From the NCBI RefSeq assembly GCF_001194135.2, contig NC_068992.1, positions 65,252,970 to 65,316,969 of the forward strand: DNA of 64,000 bases. Direction: 5' to 3'. Origin of the DNA: Octopus bimaculoides. Its lineage: Eukaryota. The translations under genes and the position numbers were made by a program. Below are positions 1 through 12,425 of this stretch, piece after piece (position 1 is the first letter of the stretch; every line of letters begins with the position of its first letter). The notes below the pieces were generated by a model that worked only from the letters and a program-made list of their open reading frames with translations, was not told the origin of the DNA and ran no database searches.

Positions 1-134
1 CGCTAGATTTATGTAGTGACTAAAGCTGTGAAAGCGAATGTCAAACTCTGCTTCTTATTTCGTGATGTATAAAAGCACCCAGTGAACTCAGCATACACAC
101 ACAAATGTATACAGGTCTAAAGAGGGATTTGAAA

Positions 135-340
135 TTTTGACATAAGGTCAGTAATTCCGGGGAGAGGTAAAAAGACGATTACATCGATCAGTATTCAACT
201 GGTACTTACTTTTTCGATTCCCTCGAAAAGATGAAAGCCAAACTAAACCTCGGCGAAATTTGAACCCAGAACGTAGAGATGGACAAAATGCTGCTAAGTA
301 TTTTACCCGGTCTGCTAACGATTCTGCCATCTCCGCCGCC
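135..340 (-). mobile_element. SINE family A (tRNA-derived, octopus OR-like), near full length
   Basis: Minus strand reads GGCGGCGGAGATGGCAGAATCGTTAGC...GGGTTCAAATTTCGCCGAGG...CTTTCATC...AAGTACCAG, with A/B-box-like motifs; aligns by eye to the copies at 55743 and 62767. Confidence 0.85.
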
Positions 341-394
341 GCTTTATACATTCGTATCTTGTTTCTGTTGTTGTGATTCCTGTCAGTTCCGCTG

Positions 395-735
395 ATTTCA
401 GCATTTCTTCCCTTCCCCTCGTTCTCTTGCCATTCTTCTCCACGTTCTTCCAAAATATCTTTCTTAAATCGTCTTCCCACCTGATTTGTGGTCTTGCGAG
501 TGGTCTATTCCATTCGGTCGAGTACAACTCGACAACTGCACGGCTCCACCGATTGTCTACGAACCTTGCGACATGACCAGAGCATCGTACCTTTGCATTG
601 TGGTATTCTGCGATGATGTCTTTCTCTCCTGTTCGATTCCAGATTTCTTTGTTCCGTATGTTATTTCTTAGCGACTTTCCAAACGTCGACCTTCCCATGG
701 CTCTCTGCGCAGTAAGCAGATGTTGTTCTATAATT
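395..735 (-). pseudogene. Decayed RTE-clade LINE, C-terminal end of the RT-containing ORF
   Basis: Translation LTAQRAMGRSTFGKSLRNNIRNKEIWNRTGEKDII...RCSGHVARFVDNRWSRAVVELY...RPLARPQIRWEDDLRK, then after a frameshift GRTWRRMARER. Matches the RTE C-terminal pattern (QRAMER...DRIRNEEIR.RTG...WAGHVAR..DNRW...RGRP..RWED). Confidence 0.8.
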
Positions 736-1369
736 TAGCGAGGACAAAATAAATGTATCTTGTCATTGCTACATGAAAACCAATTGTAAAATAGCGGTTT
801 CATTAACGTATATTATGGTTTATGTAGCATGTCGCATTTCTAATAACGGAATAATATCTGCAGACAATCCCCACCTCAAAATCTTATAAAGTGTTAATAG
901 AATCGAAATATACAAAGAACACAATATGACACGAATAGACCAAGATTATTTATTATATGATTAGCGTCTAAGAGAAAAAACATTGAAAAGCTTAATAGAA
1001 AAACCATCTGCTTGGTCCAAATAATATTTTGGAACAAGGCGACTTGTCTCTAGAACAATCATAATAAAAAAGAAAAATTAATGCTACGGGTGATCGAACC
1101 TCAGAAAATTAAAGGATTAAATGAGGACTTGGTGGGGTGTTGGCGGTGGTTGTTGTGGTCATATTTTGCATCCGTGTCTTTTCATCTGTATTTGCGTTTT
1201 GCGTTTTGCGTTCAAACCCGTTTCAGCTTTGATTCTCGCTTTCATTGTTCCGGTATCAATAGAAATGGTGTCACCTCAATTAACCACAATGTTGATACAA
1301 TCAAAGAAACCCTATTCGTTAGAAATGTCTGTGTTTTCTGATGCCAAAACGACAAATAATTCTCGGCGA

Positions 1370-1450
1370 CACGTGACTGGCGATGATTTACAATAGTTAA
1401 AACCTGTCCCATAGCTTCTGACGTCATCTGTCTGTGTGATGATGACGTCA
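1370..1450. promoter_or_regulatory. Candidate cis-regulatory cluster: E-box CACGTG plus two perfect CRE palindromes
   Basis: CACGTG at 1370-1375; TGACGTCA at 1419-1426 and 1443-1450. Motifs seen directly; function not shown. Confidence 0.3.
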
Positions 1451-1634
1451 CACTCAAAAGAGGAAAGGCAGCTGTTTCCTTACGAACCACATACAAAAGC
1501 GCAATCAGTGATGGAAACAATCAGATATTAGCTTCAAGGATCGAATCTTGGCAATGAGCTAAACTAGACAAAAGAATTCGGAAGATTTAATTATTGTCAT
1601 GCAGTGTTTATACAATTGACGACACTGAATATAA

Positions 1635-1658
1635 CACACACACACACACACACCACAC

Positions 1659-1694
<36 letters not shown>

Positions 1695-1852
1695 GCTCAC
1701 ACACACAAATACAGAGGAGAGACTTTCCATTATACACTCCTCTTCTTTATATGTGTGTGTGCCTGTTTGTGTTTGCATGTGTGTATATGTGTACACGTGT
1801 GTATATAGATACATAAATACATATATTATCTAATAACAGTTTGACTCAGCTC

Positions 1853-1943
<91 letters not shown>
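1635..1943. repeat. (CA)n and (CA)n(TA)n microsatellites
   Basis: Direct reading: tracts at about 1635-1705 and 1856-1943. Confidence 0.95.
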
Positions 1944-1947
<4 letters not shown>

Positions 1948-1972
1948 ATTTACTTTTCGTAATGAGATAAAA

Positions 1973-2078
1973 ATGAAAGCAAAATCGACCTGAGCGGAAT
2001 TTCAACTCAGGACATGTAGACGGATGAAATGTTGCTAAGCATTTTGTTCAGCGTGCTAAGGAATCTGTCACGTCGACG
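1973..2078 (-). mobile_element. SINE family A, 5' half
   Basis: Plus strand GAAAGCAAAATCGACCTGAGCGGAATTTCAACTCAG...GCTAAGCATTTTG...GCGTGCTAA is the reverse complement of the family A head. Confidence 0.75.
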
Positions 2079-3994
2079 TCCACCTACCTGTCATAATATT
2101 GGTGTGTTGTTGTCGAGGTGAAACGTATCATCAAAGATATTCCCAGCGTGAACACAACATTTATTTTTATGTGTACAGAGAAGTATGTCATTTGATAATT
2201 CCCCGCTTCGTTGCAGATGTTATAAAGTCGTGATTTGGAGGGGATTTGCCATGAGAGAGAAAAGAAAGATCTTCAAACAGGTATCAAAAAAATTATACAC
2301 ACTCACGGGTGACATAAACTGCCTTGATAAATTAGAAATCCATTGCAGGGACTAATATCTAATTATAACGTCAAGTGTTCCAGATGATTCTTTCGAAATT
2401 GTTATGAGCCATAAAAAATATAGAGAAGAGAAATAGCTTTTGGAAATGGCAATAAAGAGAAAGACATTTCCTTTTGGCATGGGGTATAATTACGACAAAT
2501 TCAGCTTGCTTAAAAAAATTAGTTATGATTGCTTCCGATTTAAGCCTGTTATTTAAAAATCTTCTTTCGCAAATAACTGATGTAATACTTGGCAAAAATA
2601 ATGGTCTAACTGATGTTAGCTATCAAACAAATCATTCGGTATTTTAAAATTTTTATTTCATTCAGATGTATACCCTATAATTTAGAGGAGGGATCTTCAA
2701 GGGTTCTGACGCCTCTACATTTCTCAGTGGATTTAGGAATGTAACTTAATTGAAGTCCGACAAAACGAACACAAATCATGTTCAAGTATTAAGTCGTCAA
2801 TAAGTTCTTAATACGGAACTCGCCTAAAGCCACAAATATGTTCATATTTCTTGTGATATACCGAAATATTAGTCTCCTCCTCTACTACTGAGGACTCAAC
2901 CAGAGTTCATGGAAGCTATATCTAAGTATTTCGTTGTGATTGGGAAAGGTTATAGCTTCAGGGAATGTCAAACTGATACACTAAAAGTACACACACTCAC
3001 ACACATACACACACACACACATACACACACACACACGCACGCACGCACACACACACACCACACACACCACACACATACACACATGTGCATGACAAAAATA
3101 CGAAAAGAGAAAAACAAAGAACGTGATGGATGTCTCACATTATCGATCAACACACTGATCGATTTATTGTGTTTCATCAGACGTGACACACTGAATCTTA
3201 CTTGCCGTTGTTATTCTTGCTTAATCTCAAGTATGATCTTATTAAACACTCCAGTTTTGACCATCCTGTCTTAATTTGCAGACATAATATCTTCTATATC
3301 CATAGTTTCCTTCCTGTTTTGAGAAAAATTGCGTGCAGTATGACGAAGTTATTGCTGTTGTTTTTAGCAAGGAGGGCGACCCCATATAGTGTCACTTTGG
3401 AACTTGATGACACTTCACAAGAGATATACATACATGTGAGCACATGCATACGTCTACACTTAAAAATAAGATGGAATTTTTTACCTAGATTATTCAGCTG
3501 TTCGATCCCCTGCAATACACGTGTGCGTGTGGATGTAGTATATATGTGTATGTGTGCGTGGATACATGTGTGTGTGCGGAAAATACTTTGAGGGATTATA
3601 GTTCAATACTCAACTAGCAATCAAAGGTCAATTGAGCTGAGTTAAAATTAGTTGTAAGAACGAAAGTCTCCAAGACAGAAAGTGAGGATTGGCATTGCTA
3701 TTTCTAAACGGTACAGAATTAATCCAAGAATACTTTTGTCTACTGCATTAGCACCAACAGCTATCAGACATTCTGCTTTCCAATTACTGCTCCCTTCAAT
3801 CAACTCACAACAGTGGTTACAAACGACATTTTCAATATCGATTTATATATTTTCTTAGACAAATATTGATTTTAATCTAAGTCACTATATCGCATATTTT
3901 ATAAAAGAAATGTTTTGAGATATTTTAAATTAGTGTTTCTTCTTCAAATATATTAATGGCATAAGTGCAAAGATGTAGGTCAAAATGAGATCGA

Positions 3995-4130
3995 AACCGT
4001 TCATTTAGAAGCAGCAGGGTGGCCTCTCGGCAGTTGCATGATATCATAGAAATAGTAGCCAAGCGTGCTTCAAATCATATCCTACTCCATTTATCCAAAA
4101 AAAAAAAAAGGAAAAAGAAAATGCAAAGAA
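3995..4130 (+). repeat. Interspersed repeat family D fragment (AGAAATAG(C/T)AGCCAA motif family)
   Basis: AGAAATAGTAGCCAAGCGTGCTTCAAATCATATCCTAC followed by an A-run; reverse-complement relatives near 36430-36590 and 62075-62160. Confidence 0.45.
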
Positions 4131-4639
4131 AAACGCCCACGTAAACAATGAGCTCCTATCTACACTATTTCTGCATCCGAGACAGTATTCAAACTTTGAA
4201 GCCGTTCATTGTGGAATTACTAAATCAGGGGTTTTCTGAATCTAAATAATATCAATAAGCTTATAGATTGTTGTCATCTTTCGCTGTACTATTACAACAA
4301 TAAAATTAACATTTATATAATATTGATGCTACATATTTTGTTTATACGTTACATATATTGTAGGATATTTCGAGAATGTCCTTGATGTTCTTTGCGATAT
4401 TTTCAGCGCACATGGCTCCAAATGAATATCAGTCCATAATAGACCCTTCCTTTGTAACATTACTGTGTACAATATTGATTGCAAACATTTTGCACAGGTT
4501 CATTTATTTTGTTGGAAGTCTATAGCTGACTATAATAATCTGTGTACGAGAAACCTAGCGGTATTATCGGTCGTGAAGCTGAAATGCAAAATCGGGCAGA
4601 ACAGGGTCTGAAGTGAGATCGTAACCAAGGTTAACACAA

Positions 4640-4932
4640 CATATCACTCATCCGTATTATTCGTCGGGCCTTGCTCCTTCAGATTTACAGAAATCATGTG
4701 GTTGGATTAACTCTCGATGCGACTAGCAAAGTCGAAACTGACATTTCGGAATTGGTCACTACGAAACCGAAAGTGTTTTCCGCTAATACTATTAAAACGT
4801 TTACGAGTAGATGGAAAGATGTTATAGATAATCATGGAAACCATATTGACGATTAAGTTTCATTAAATGTAAGATTTGATCATTTGATATCCTTATTTAA
4901 AATCTGGACATTACTTATGGGATGACCTGATA
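4640..4932 (+). mobile_element. Mariner (Tc1/mariner) relic: transposase C-terminus plus right TIR
   Basis: From 4649 HPYYSSGLAPSDL (cf. mariner HPPYSPDLAPSDY). After a frameshift, ...VETDISELVTTKPKVFSANTIKTFTSRWKDVIDNHGNHIDD* ends at 4856 (cf. FFASKP..FY..GI..LP.RW..VI...G.Y). Terminal GGACATTACTTATGGGATGACCTGA followed by TA at 4931-4932. Confidence 0.85.
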
Positions 4933-5338
4933 AATACGAGATACACGCGCATCAAGGTGTATGATTATTGTACGTAAGAATAAGTGAAAATTTGTAACGT
5001 TGCCATTATTGTTAAACTGGATTAGTGGTGCAGAACAGGCGACTACGCATAACATACGCCCCTCTGAAAAGCTAACAAGAAATAATTTGTCACAGTGTAT
5101 AGGAGAGACCTTGTTTGTCTCAATTTGGCGGTTTACGACATTGTGTTCCTGGAAATCTTTGCTATAAGTACAGCTACCCGACATCTTTCCACCCGTGTTG
5201 AATGCGGTATAGGGCAGTAAGATTGTCTGAATCTTGGCAGTCATTAAATCTCAGGTTAATGACATTTGAACTTTCTTTACAAGTAATGCATAATTTGAAA
5301 TAGTATAATGAAAGTTTCAACAGATGACATTAATGTAG

Positions 5339-5343
<5 letters not shown>

Positions 5344-5419
<76 letters not shown>

Positions 5420-5797
5420 CAACGATGAACGTATACACATACACACACGCACGCTCGTATACATATAGATATAACCACGCATGAGCAATCCCACTGTTTC
5501 TCTAAGTAGCAAGTAATTTTGTAAAAGGCAAGATCACGTCATTATTTGATAGACACGTGAGTGCTTCGGTACCTGAGTGATTAAAAACAAATTGGGTTAA
5601 GAATTAGGATATGAAAAGAAATATATTTGGTTCTATGATTACAAGGAATTCGTCTCTTCATTGTTCACCAGAATCACTGCTAAAAGCGAAAAGCTCAGAA
5701 TACTTGTTTGCACTTATGTCTATTGGTTTACATATATACAAGCATACATACATGCATACATACACACGAACACACATTCACACACACACATATATAT

Positions 5798-5853
<56 letters not shown>

Positions 5854-6560
5854 GTATATAGATAGATAGATAGATAGATAGATTGATAGATAGATTGATA
5901 GATATATACATATATACATGTAACATATGTGGATATAAACAAATAAGAATATACATACATACATACATACATACATACACACATGCAGCCCACGCACACG
6001 CAAACAGAGACTAGCACAGATACATAAATACGTACATGCTGCACATCGAGTTATTGTAAGCAAGATCATGACATTATAGTGAGACATCACCAAACCATAA
6101 ATTGTAAATTGGATTATTTAAACAATCAAAAATTACACGCCACTAAGTATCTTAATGCGTAACGTAATTTTATTAATTTAATCGAATTAGACCGCTACAA
6201 GAAAATCACATTTTCCTGAGCTTCTCATAATCTCCTTTTAGTCTTGGTAATAATTTCTTTGTAGAAATGTATGTATATGAAGAGAAACGGGCAAAAAGGA
6301 GGGAACTTATTGATACGATGTTATATTTATTTATAGTCATCAGATCTTGGCATACAGTCACACACACGTCTAGTGGTACATAAAGAGCGTATAGCACATA
6401 GGTATGTAGAATGTATACGCATATGTATCGGTATGTATGTATGTTTGTAAGGATGTATATATGTGCGTATACACACATAAACACACGCATATATACATAC
6501 ATACATACATATATGCATACATACATACATACATACATACATACATACATACATACATAC
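5344..6560. repeat. Cluster of compound microsatellites: (TA)n(TG)n, (TA)n(GATA)n, (CATA)n
   Basis: Tracts at about 5344-5417, 5790-5990 and 6490-6560. Confidence 0.9.
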
Positions 6561-7155
6561 AAAAATACCCTGTTGTTGATGTTGAAATTTCAATGAGGGA
6601 GTCTTGGATCTAGTTTAGAAACCGGTTCTTTTTTCTATTGGCAAGAAATCTTGAAATAAACAAAATAATGACAGACATATAGACATACAAACATACAAAT
6701 ACATATACACACAAACATGTGTGTGTGTGTGGGGGGGGCATGTGTAGTTCTCTAGAATAGAGACAAAGCTTGATACTTGGTTGAAGGGGCATAGTCAATG
6801 CTATCGGCCCCAGTAAGATGACTGATGTACTATTTAAATGTCGTTAAGAACACGATGTGTTGGGAGTATATTAGCGTCTCTTATTAGATGGATGCTGGTG
6901 GAGAAATAGATAAATCGAGCGATCGTGTTGGTCATAATTTGATCAACATTCATTAATGTGTGTGCGGTAATCTAATTTGTTTCCCCTCACTCACTTTAAT
7001 TATGTTTATTAGGAAATACGTTATTCATTGCGTCTGTTATTTATTGCATCCGGTATGGACATAATATGTCATTCGATCGAGATTTGGCCACTATTTGCAG
7101 ATGGCCGACCAATGACATACTCATCACGTTGGCTGCTATATTGCTTTTTTAGTGA

Positions 7156-7372
7156 CAACACAGGGCTAAACATAGAGGGGACAAACAAGGACAGACAAAG
7201 GGATTAAGTTGACTACTTTGACCTCAGTGCGTAACTGGTACTTATTTACTCGACCCCGAAATGATGAAAGGTAAAGTCGACCTTGGCGGAATTTGAACTC
7301 AGAATGTAACGGCAGACGAAATACTGATAAGTATTTTGCCCGGTGTGCTAACGATTCTACCAGCTCGCCGCC
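7156..7372 (-). mobile_element. SINE family A, variant 3' tail
   Basis: Head GGCGGCGAGCTGGTAGAATCGTTAGCACACCGGGCAAAATAC...GAGTTCAAATTCCGCCAAGGTCGAC on the minus strand; the 3' end differs from other copies (plus strand CAGGGCTAAACATAGAGGGGACAAACAAGG). Confidence 0.85.
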
Positions 7373-9087
7373 CTATTAACGACTCTATATTAAGTAAAAG
7401 ATGTAGTGATCAGAAGCAGATATTGAACACTGCACCTTCATGTTGTTAGACGATTTGTAGCCATGATTCTCAGTTTTATATCACTTAAATTTTTCAAGTT
7501 TGTGATGAGGCCATCTGGAAGACTTTGTTGTACATATACATTATGTATATATGCGTGTGTGTGTGTGTGTGATAAATGCTATAAAAACGTTGATATAGAT
7601 TGATATAGGTGCTAAAACCAAATGCAGTCGCAAATGAAAACCGACTAATACTTTCTCTTATTGACTGTTCTAATGGTGCCAAAGTTCACAATAATGGCCG
7701 CAGTTACACACGATATATTTCCAGCTTTAACACTTGCTAATCTCCTTTTGTCTTGTATTACAAAATCCTGATAATCTCATTCTTTAGCTCCCTCTCTCTC
7801 TTTCTCTCTCGTTTTATCTTTCTCTGCCTCTCCGTCTCTCTCTTTCGCTCCCTTTCGCTCATTGCACACAATGATCGGTTCTCCTCTGCTTCGTACGATT
7901 CTAATACGAAATGATGAATGCTATTATAATCATACTGCTATGTTGAGAACAAGCGTTCTGTTCACTTATCCCCAGTCAGCGTTTAAATATATACAAAGCA
8001 GTAATTCATTTCGGTGTTGATTTGAGGAAATAATTTATTTTAATACAACAAATATTCCTGGCGGTGTTTTTATGGGCAAAGTACCAAAGAAAAATTTGTT
8101 AAAATTTTACAAGCGTGATTCATTCACAAATAATTTAAAGGATAATTAGTTTCGAGGGAATTTGATTCTGGAAAGTGAATGGAATCCCATTAGCAACAAT
8201 TTTCTCTCTGAAAGCAACAAGTTTTGTTTCAGGCAGCTTTAATGGTATCATTCATTTCACAAACCAGATCTTCATTCGAAACGATATCTCTGACAGAGTT
8301 AACAGCACATGAGCAATATTTGTGTCCAAATTATGTCATTTAAACACCCTTTCAATGGAAAACAACTCACAAGAGATCTGTCAATTGCACGGTACCGATA
8401 TTGAAATTTATTTCTCTTAAATTAATTCCACAGAACAAATCTCATAACAAGGGACATTTTTTTTTTGCTTTAATTAAATCCAAAGAAAATTCTTGTTTCC
8501 TTTTACATAATTATTCAAGAGCTTTGGCATAAGATTATAACGGAAAACAAAAGTTATGTAATCAATGGTTAACAACGAGCGACTTTTACATATATTTACA
8601 TATTCATATTTTTTTCATTCCATATATTAAACCAGTTAAATAATGCTCGAAATCGTATATAGTAACATCTATGTTCAGTTCATTTAAGTTATTCATACCT
8701 ATGGCGATATCACATGATGCTATTTGTTTTTTCACTCTAAGTAATTTAAATGATAATCTTCACATATATTTGATAAATATATCACCTGAAATGCTATAAA
8801 TTTCTAGTGAGAGACAGCTTCGTCTCGGTCGAAATATGCTATGGCAAATCTCTCTAAAGATAGTTTTCTTTACTGACAAAGATAATGTTTTAGACAAATA
8901 AGAGTTGGCATTAATGCTAGAACGCATTTCTACAGTAACATTAATACTAATTCTCTTTATCTACTTCTAAATAGATATCTGGTAGTCAGCCAGACAGCTA
9001 TATGACTGGAGAGGTATATGACACATGCGCACATGCACACATGCACACATACGCACACATATACATATATATACATATATATATATA

Positions 9088-9144
<57 letters not shown>

Positions 9145-10732
9145 ACACACACTCACACACAGATACATATAAACTCTGTGTTTTAACTCATTGAATCTTC
9201 TATTAAGACAGGATGGTTTTTGAAATAACAAACATGGTTTCAAGCCACCGGGAAATTCCATTTTAATTCCAGAAAATTTTGCACATATCAATTCTTCCTA
9301 AAACAAAACTGAAATCACAGAATACATACAAGACAGTTTATTCTTCTTTTTTTGCACTTAAAACTCTGTCTTTCATTGTTAACCAGTTACTCAAAAGATT
9401 CAATATATGAGTAATAATTAGTCCAAATGTAAATTTATGACCGGAGTAAAACAGTTTTTGCTGAGGTTGGTTCCTTATTTAATTTGTCTACTTTTATTCG
9501 ACAATCAATGATCGTATTCTCTCTGTTTTACTGTTATTCAGATAAATGTTCACATCGGCTGTATACTTAATTTCCTCAATGACACAAGTTTTGTTTCCTG
9601 GCCTGTTGTTCGTCCTTGGCCGAATTTTCTATGGGAATGCTCCACAAATATTCATTGTGGTATTACATATCTATGTAGAACATTTTATACGTGAATCATT
9701 TGGAAGGCGATACAAATCTCATTTTCGAAGTGAATTTCAATAGCAGCTTATGGTGAACATTACAAACTTCCGGTATGGTTTACTGTTTCGTTTTCGACTA
9801 CTCTGAGAAGTTTGATGTGTGTACATAGAGCTGAATAATTATCGATCGTTCGAGACATGAATGAAATTATTTTATCAGCAATTTGTTCAAAATAAGTACT
9901 AGCATGTTAAATTTTCAAAGCTTGTTTGTTGTTCATTCCGACAACATAAAGCAGCCCCCTTTTGAAAGTGTTCGTCAATGTTTATGATATTCATATGTGC
10001 ATTTTTTTAATTCTTATAAAATGAGAGAAGTGAATAGAAAAGAAACATGACAAAAACATAGAGACAGAAATCTTAAGCGAAGAGTCTTTTAAATTGCGGC
10101 ATATTTAATATAATTGTATTTTTAATATACAATATCATTAATAGCTCTTTCACAACAGCTGTTTAGTAATATCATGGATTGTATACATAATTGAAGAATC
10201 ATTCCATAAATCTAATCATTGCCCCTGCAGCTGGTATTTTAAACAACAAAGAGAAAGTTATTGCAACGCTGAGAATGATTTCTTGTCATAATTTGTCTGC
10301 AATAATTTTATTGGCACTAGCAACATTTATCAACCTACAAGAATTCAAAACTTTCAGTATTAAAACTGAAATGTTCAATATCATACGCCATATGTATTTA
10401 ATTAAAATTTACACACCTCTAATATTTACTCAACGAATTCCTTTATCATGTTGTCGTAATTTGTGAGCGTTGAAACAACATGGCTTCTTGATTACCAAAT
10501 TAAAAAGCAGGTTAAAATAACTTGTGGTATATGGCTACTTTTTCTCCGTTTTATGTTCGAGGTGCCATCATTTGGAGCCACAAGATGTGGTGTCTGATAG
10601 AATATGTAGATGTTGCCTTTATCACTTTATACAGGCATGTAGATATATACAGACACACACACATACATATACGCGAACGCAAATCACTAAAGAGATTAAT
10701 TATTAAAATTTGCCTATAACGTTTGTATTTCT

Positions 10733-10820
10733 GCGGAATTTGAACTCAGAATGTACAGACAAACGAACTACCGCTAAGCCTTCGCCTCGTGTGTTAACGT
10801 TTCTGCCAGCTCACCACCTT
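10733..10820 (-). mobile_element. SINE family A, tRNA-like head only
   Basis: GCGGAATTTGAACTCAGAATGTACAGAC...GTTAACGTTTCTGCCAGCTCACCACCTT on the plus strand. Confidence 0.8.
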
Positions 10821-11555
10821 GGATGATTAGTATCATGTTGCATGTCTATAACTAACTTTCATGGAGTTCCTTCTCACTCATTCCTGATGCGTGTTCATAT
10901 AGTATTAATAGTATTATCAACGAGTATACATGTACTTTAATATCAGAAAGTGCATGATAAGCTACTTGTATGTGCTTGGATCACAATTTATATTAAAAAT
11001 AATAGTTTTAAATGATGGTAGATTGGTTGACCGTCGTTCGCAGTTTCTGGTCATGGTGAACATGGAGTTCTGAGTTCGGTAAAGCAAATATCAGCCAAGT
11101 ACTTGGGCCCACAAAAAGAACCGTTTCTATACCACGACTATCCTGCCTTGTCGTGATATTGGAAATCATTGTCGCTAGTCGTCTATCGGAAGTGTAATAC
11201 GTCCATTGAACAAAATGCCTTGCAGTATTTCTGTTGGATTCTTTCTTCTTCAATTCACACTCCACTGGAGATAATTTTCGGTTTCGTTCTTAACCCTTCG
11301 TGGGGCGGTGAGGTTAGAATTACACAAAAGGCCATTGGGGACCCCCTTTTATTTTGGAGCATTTCCGCACTATCCATAAAGTAATGTTTGTGTAATTGTG
11401 TGTATATGTGCGAGTGCATGATACGGAACAAGAAATTTCGCATCTTATAGGTATACAATTGTAATTATTAGCGTTAAATGGAGATGAATTAAAATATAAT
11501 TTATTGACTGAAAAAACCTTTATTGAAAGAAATCAACATTTTTATAGAATTATAC

Positions 11556-11586
<31 letters not shown>

Positions 11587-12017
11587 TGTATGCACGTATG
11601 TAGGTAGGTATATATATGCTCGTGATAGAATAGCAATGCAAGATTCAGGGTGATTTATACATACGGTAACAGCGTCTTACCATAGTAAATCCTGGTTAAG
11701 CCAATATGGTAAGCCAAGGAAATGTTGCACTTGGACAAATTACAGAATCGTTGAGCTAATTACAGTATAATGTATCGGATCTCTCAAAGAGTGAAATTTA
11801 TGTCATAGTGAATATAACAAAGAATTGCTGGGGCACTTTTTGAACGCTAATCAATATATAATTACAAATATAATCAGCACTGGTTTACAATTTTCTCACT
11901 AAAACAACTCTCTGAAAAAGAAAATCAATTTTATTTAAATAAAGCTAATTGAAACAATAATTAACAATAAAAATAATTGCATTAATAAAATATTTTGAGA
12001 TCTCTTACACTGCTTTT

Positions 12018-12134
12018 CTTTTGTATCTCCTTCTTCTTCTTCTTCTTCTTCTTCTTCTTCTCCTTCTTTTTCTCATCCTCCTCTACCTCCTCCCTTCTCT
12101 CCTCCTCCCCCTCCTCCTCCTCCTCCTCCTCAGC

Positions 12135-12202
<68 letters not shown>

Positions 12203-12207
12203 GCTGA
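12018..12207. repeat. (CTT/CCT)n polypyrimidine tract followed by (AT)32 within a perfect palindrome
   Basis: Pyrimidine tract at about 12018-12130; TCAGCCG-(AT)32-CGGCTGA at 12130-12207. Confidence 0.95.
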
Positions 12208-12289
12208 ACCTTTTGTAAGTGTTCGCTCAGCGACGGAGTGAAACCTTACAATTAACGATCGAATCACTCTCAGGCACTTTCTTCATTCT

Positions 12290-12425
12290 TGAAATAAGAG
12301 GAAAAGAAGCTGTGTCTGCAAACCAAAAAAACAACTTCGATGGCCACGACTGGCGTAACTTTGGCTATGTGTTTACTTCATCGGAACTAACCAGGGGCTA
12401 AAATAAACAACAACAACAACAACAA
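12290..12425 (+). mobile_element. 3' end of a retroposon with a (CAA)n tail
   Basis: Ends ...TTCATCGGAACTAACCAGGGGCTAAAATAAACAACAACAACAAC; a tandem-trinucleotide tail is typical of RTE/L2-mobilised elements. Family not identified. Confidence 0.4.

Noticed and set aside
2217-2280. Possible plus-strand exon (CYKVVIWRGFAMREKRKIFKQ)
   Set aside because: Weak donor (GTATCA), no recognisable homology and no partner exons.
11008-11400. ORF starting MECEL, similar to a mariner N-terminus
   Set aside because: Similarity stops after a few residues; no HTH or DDD motifs.
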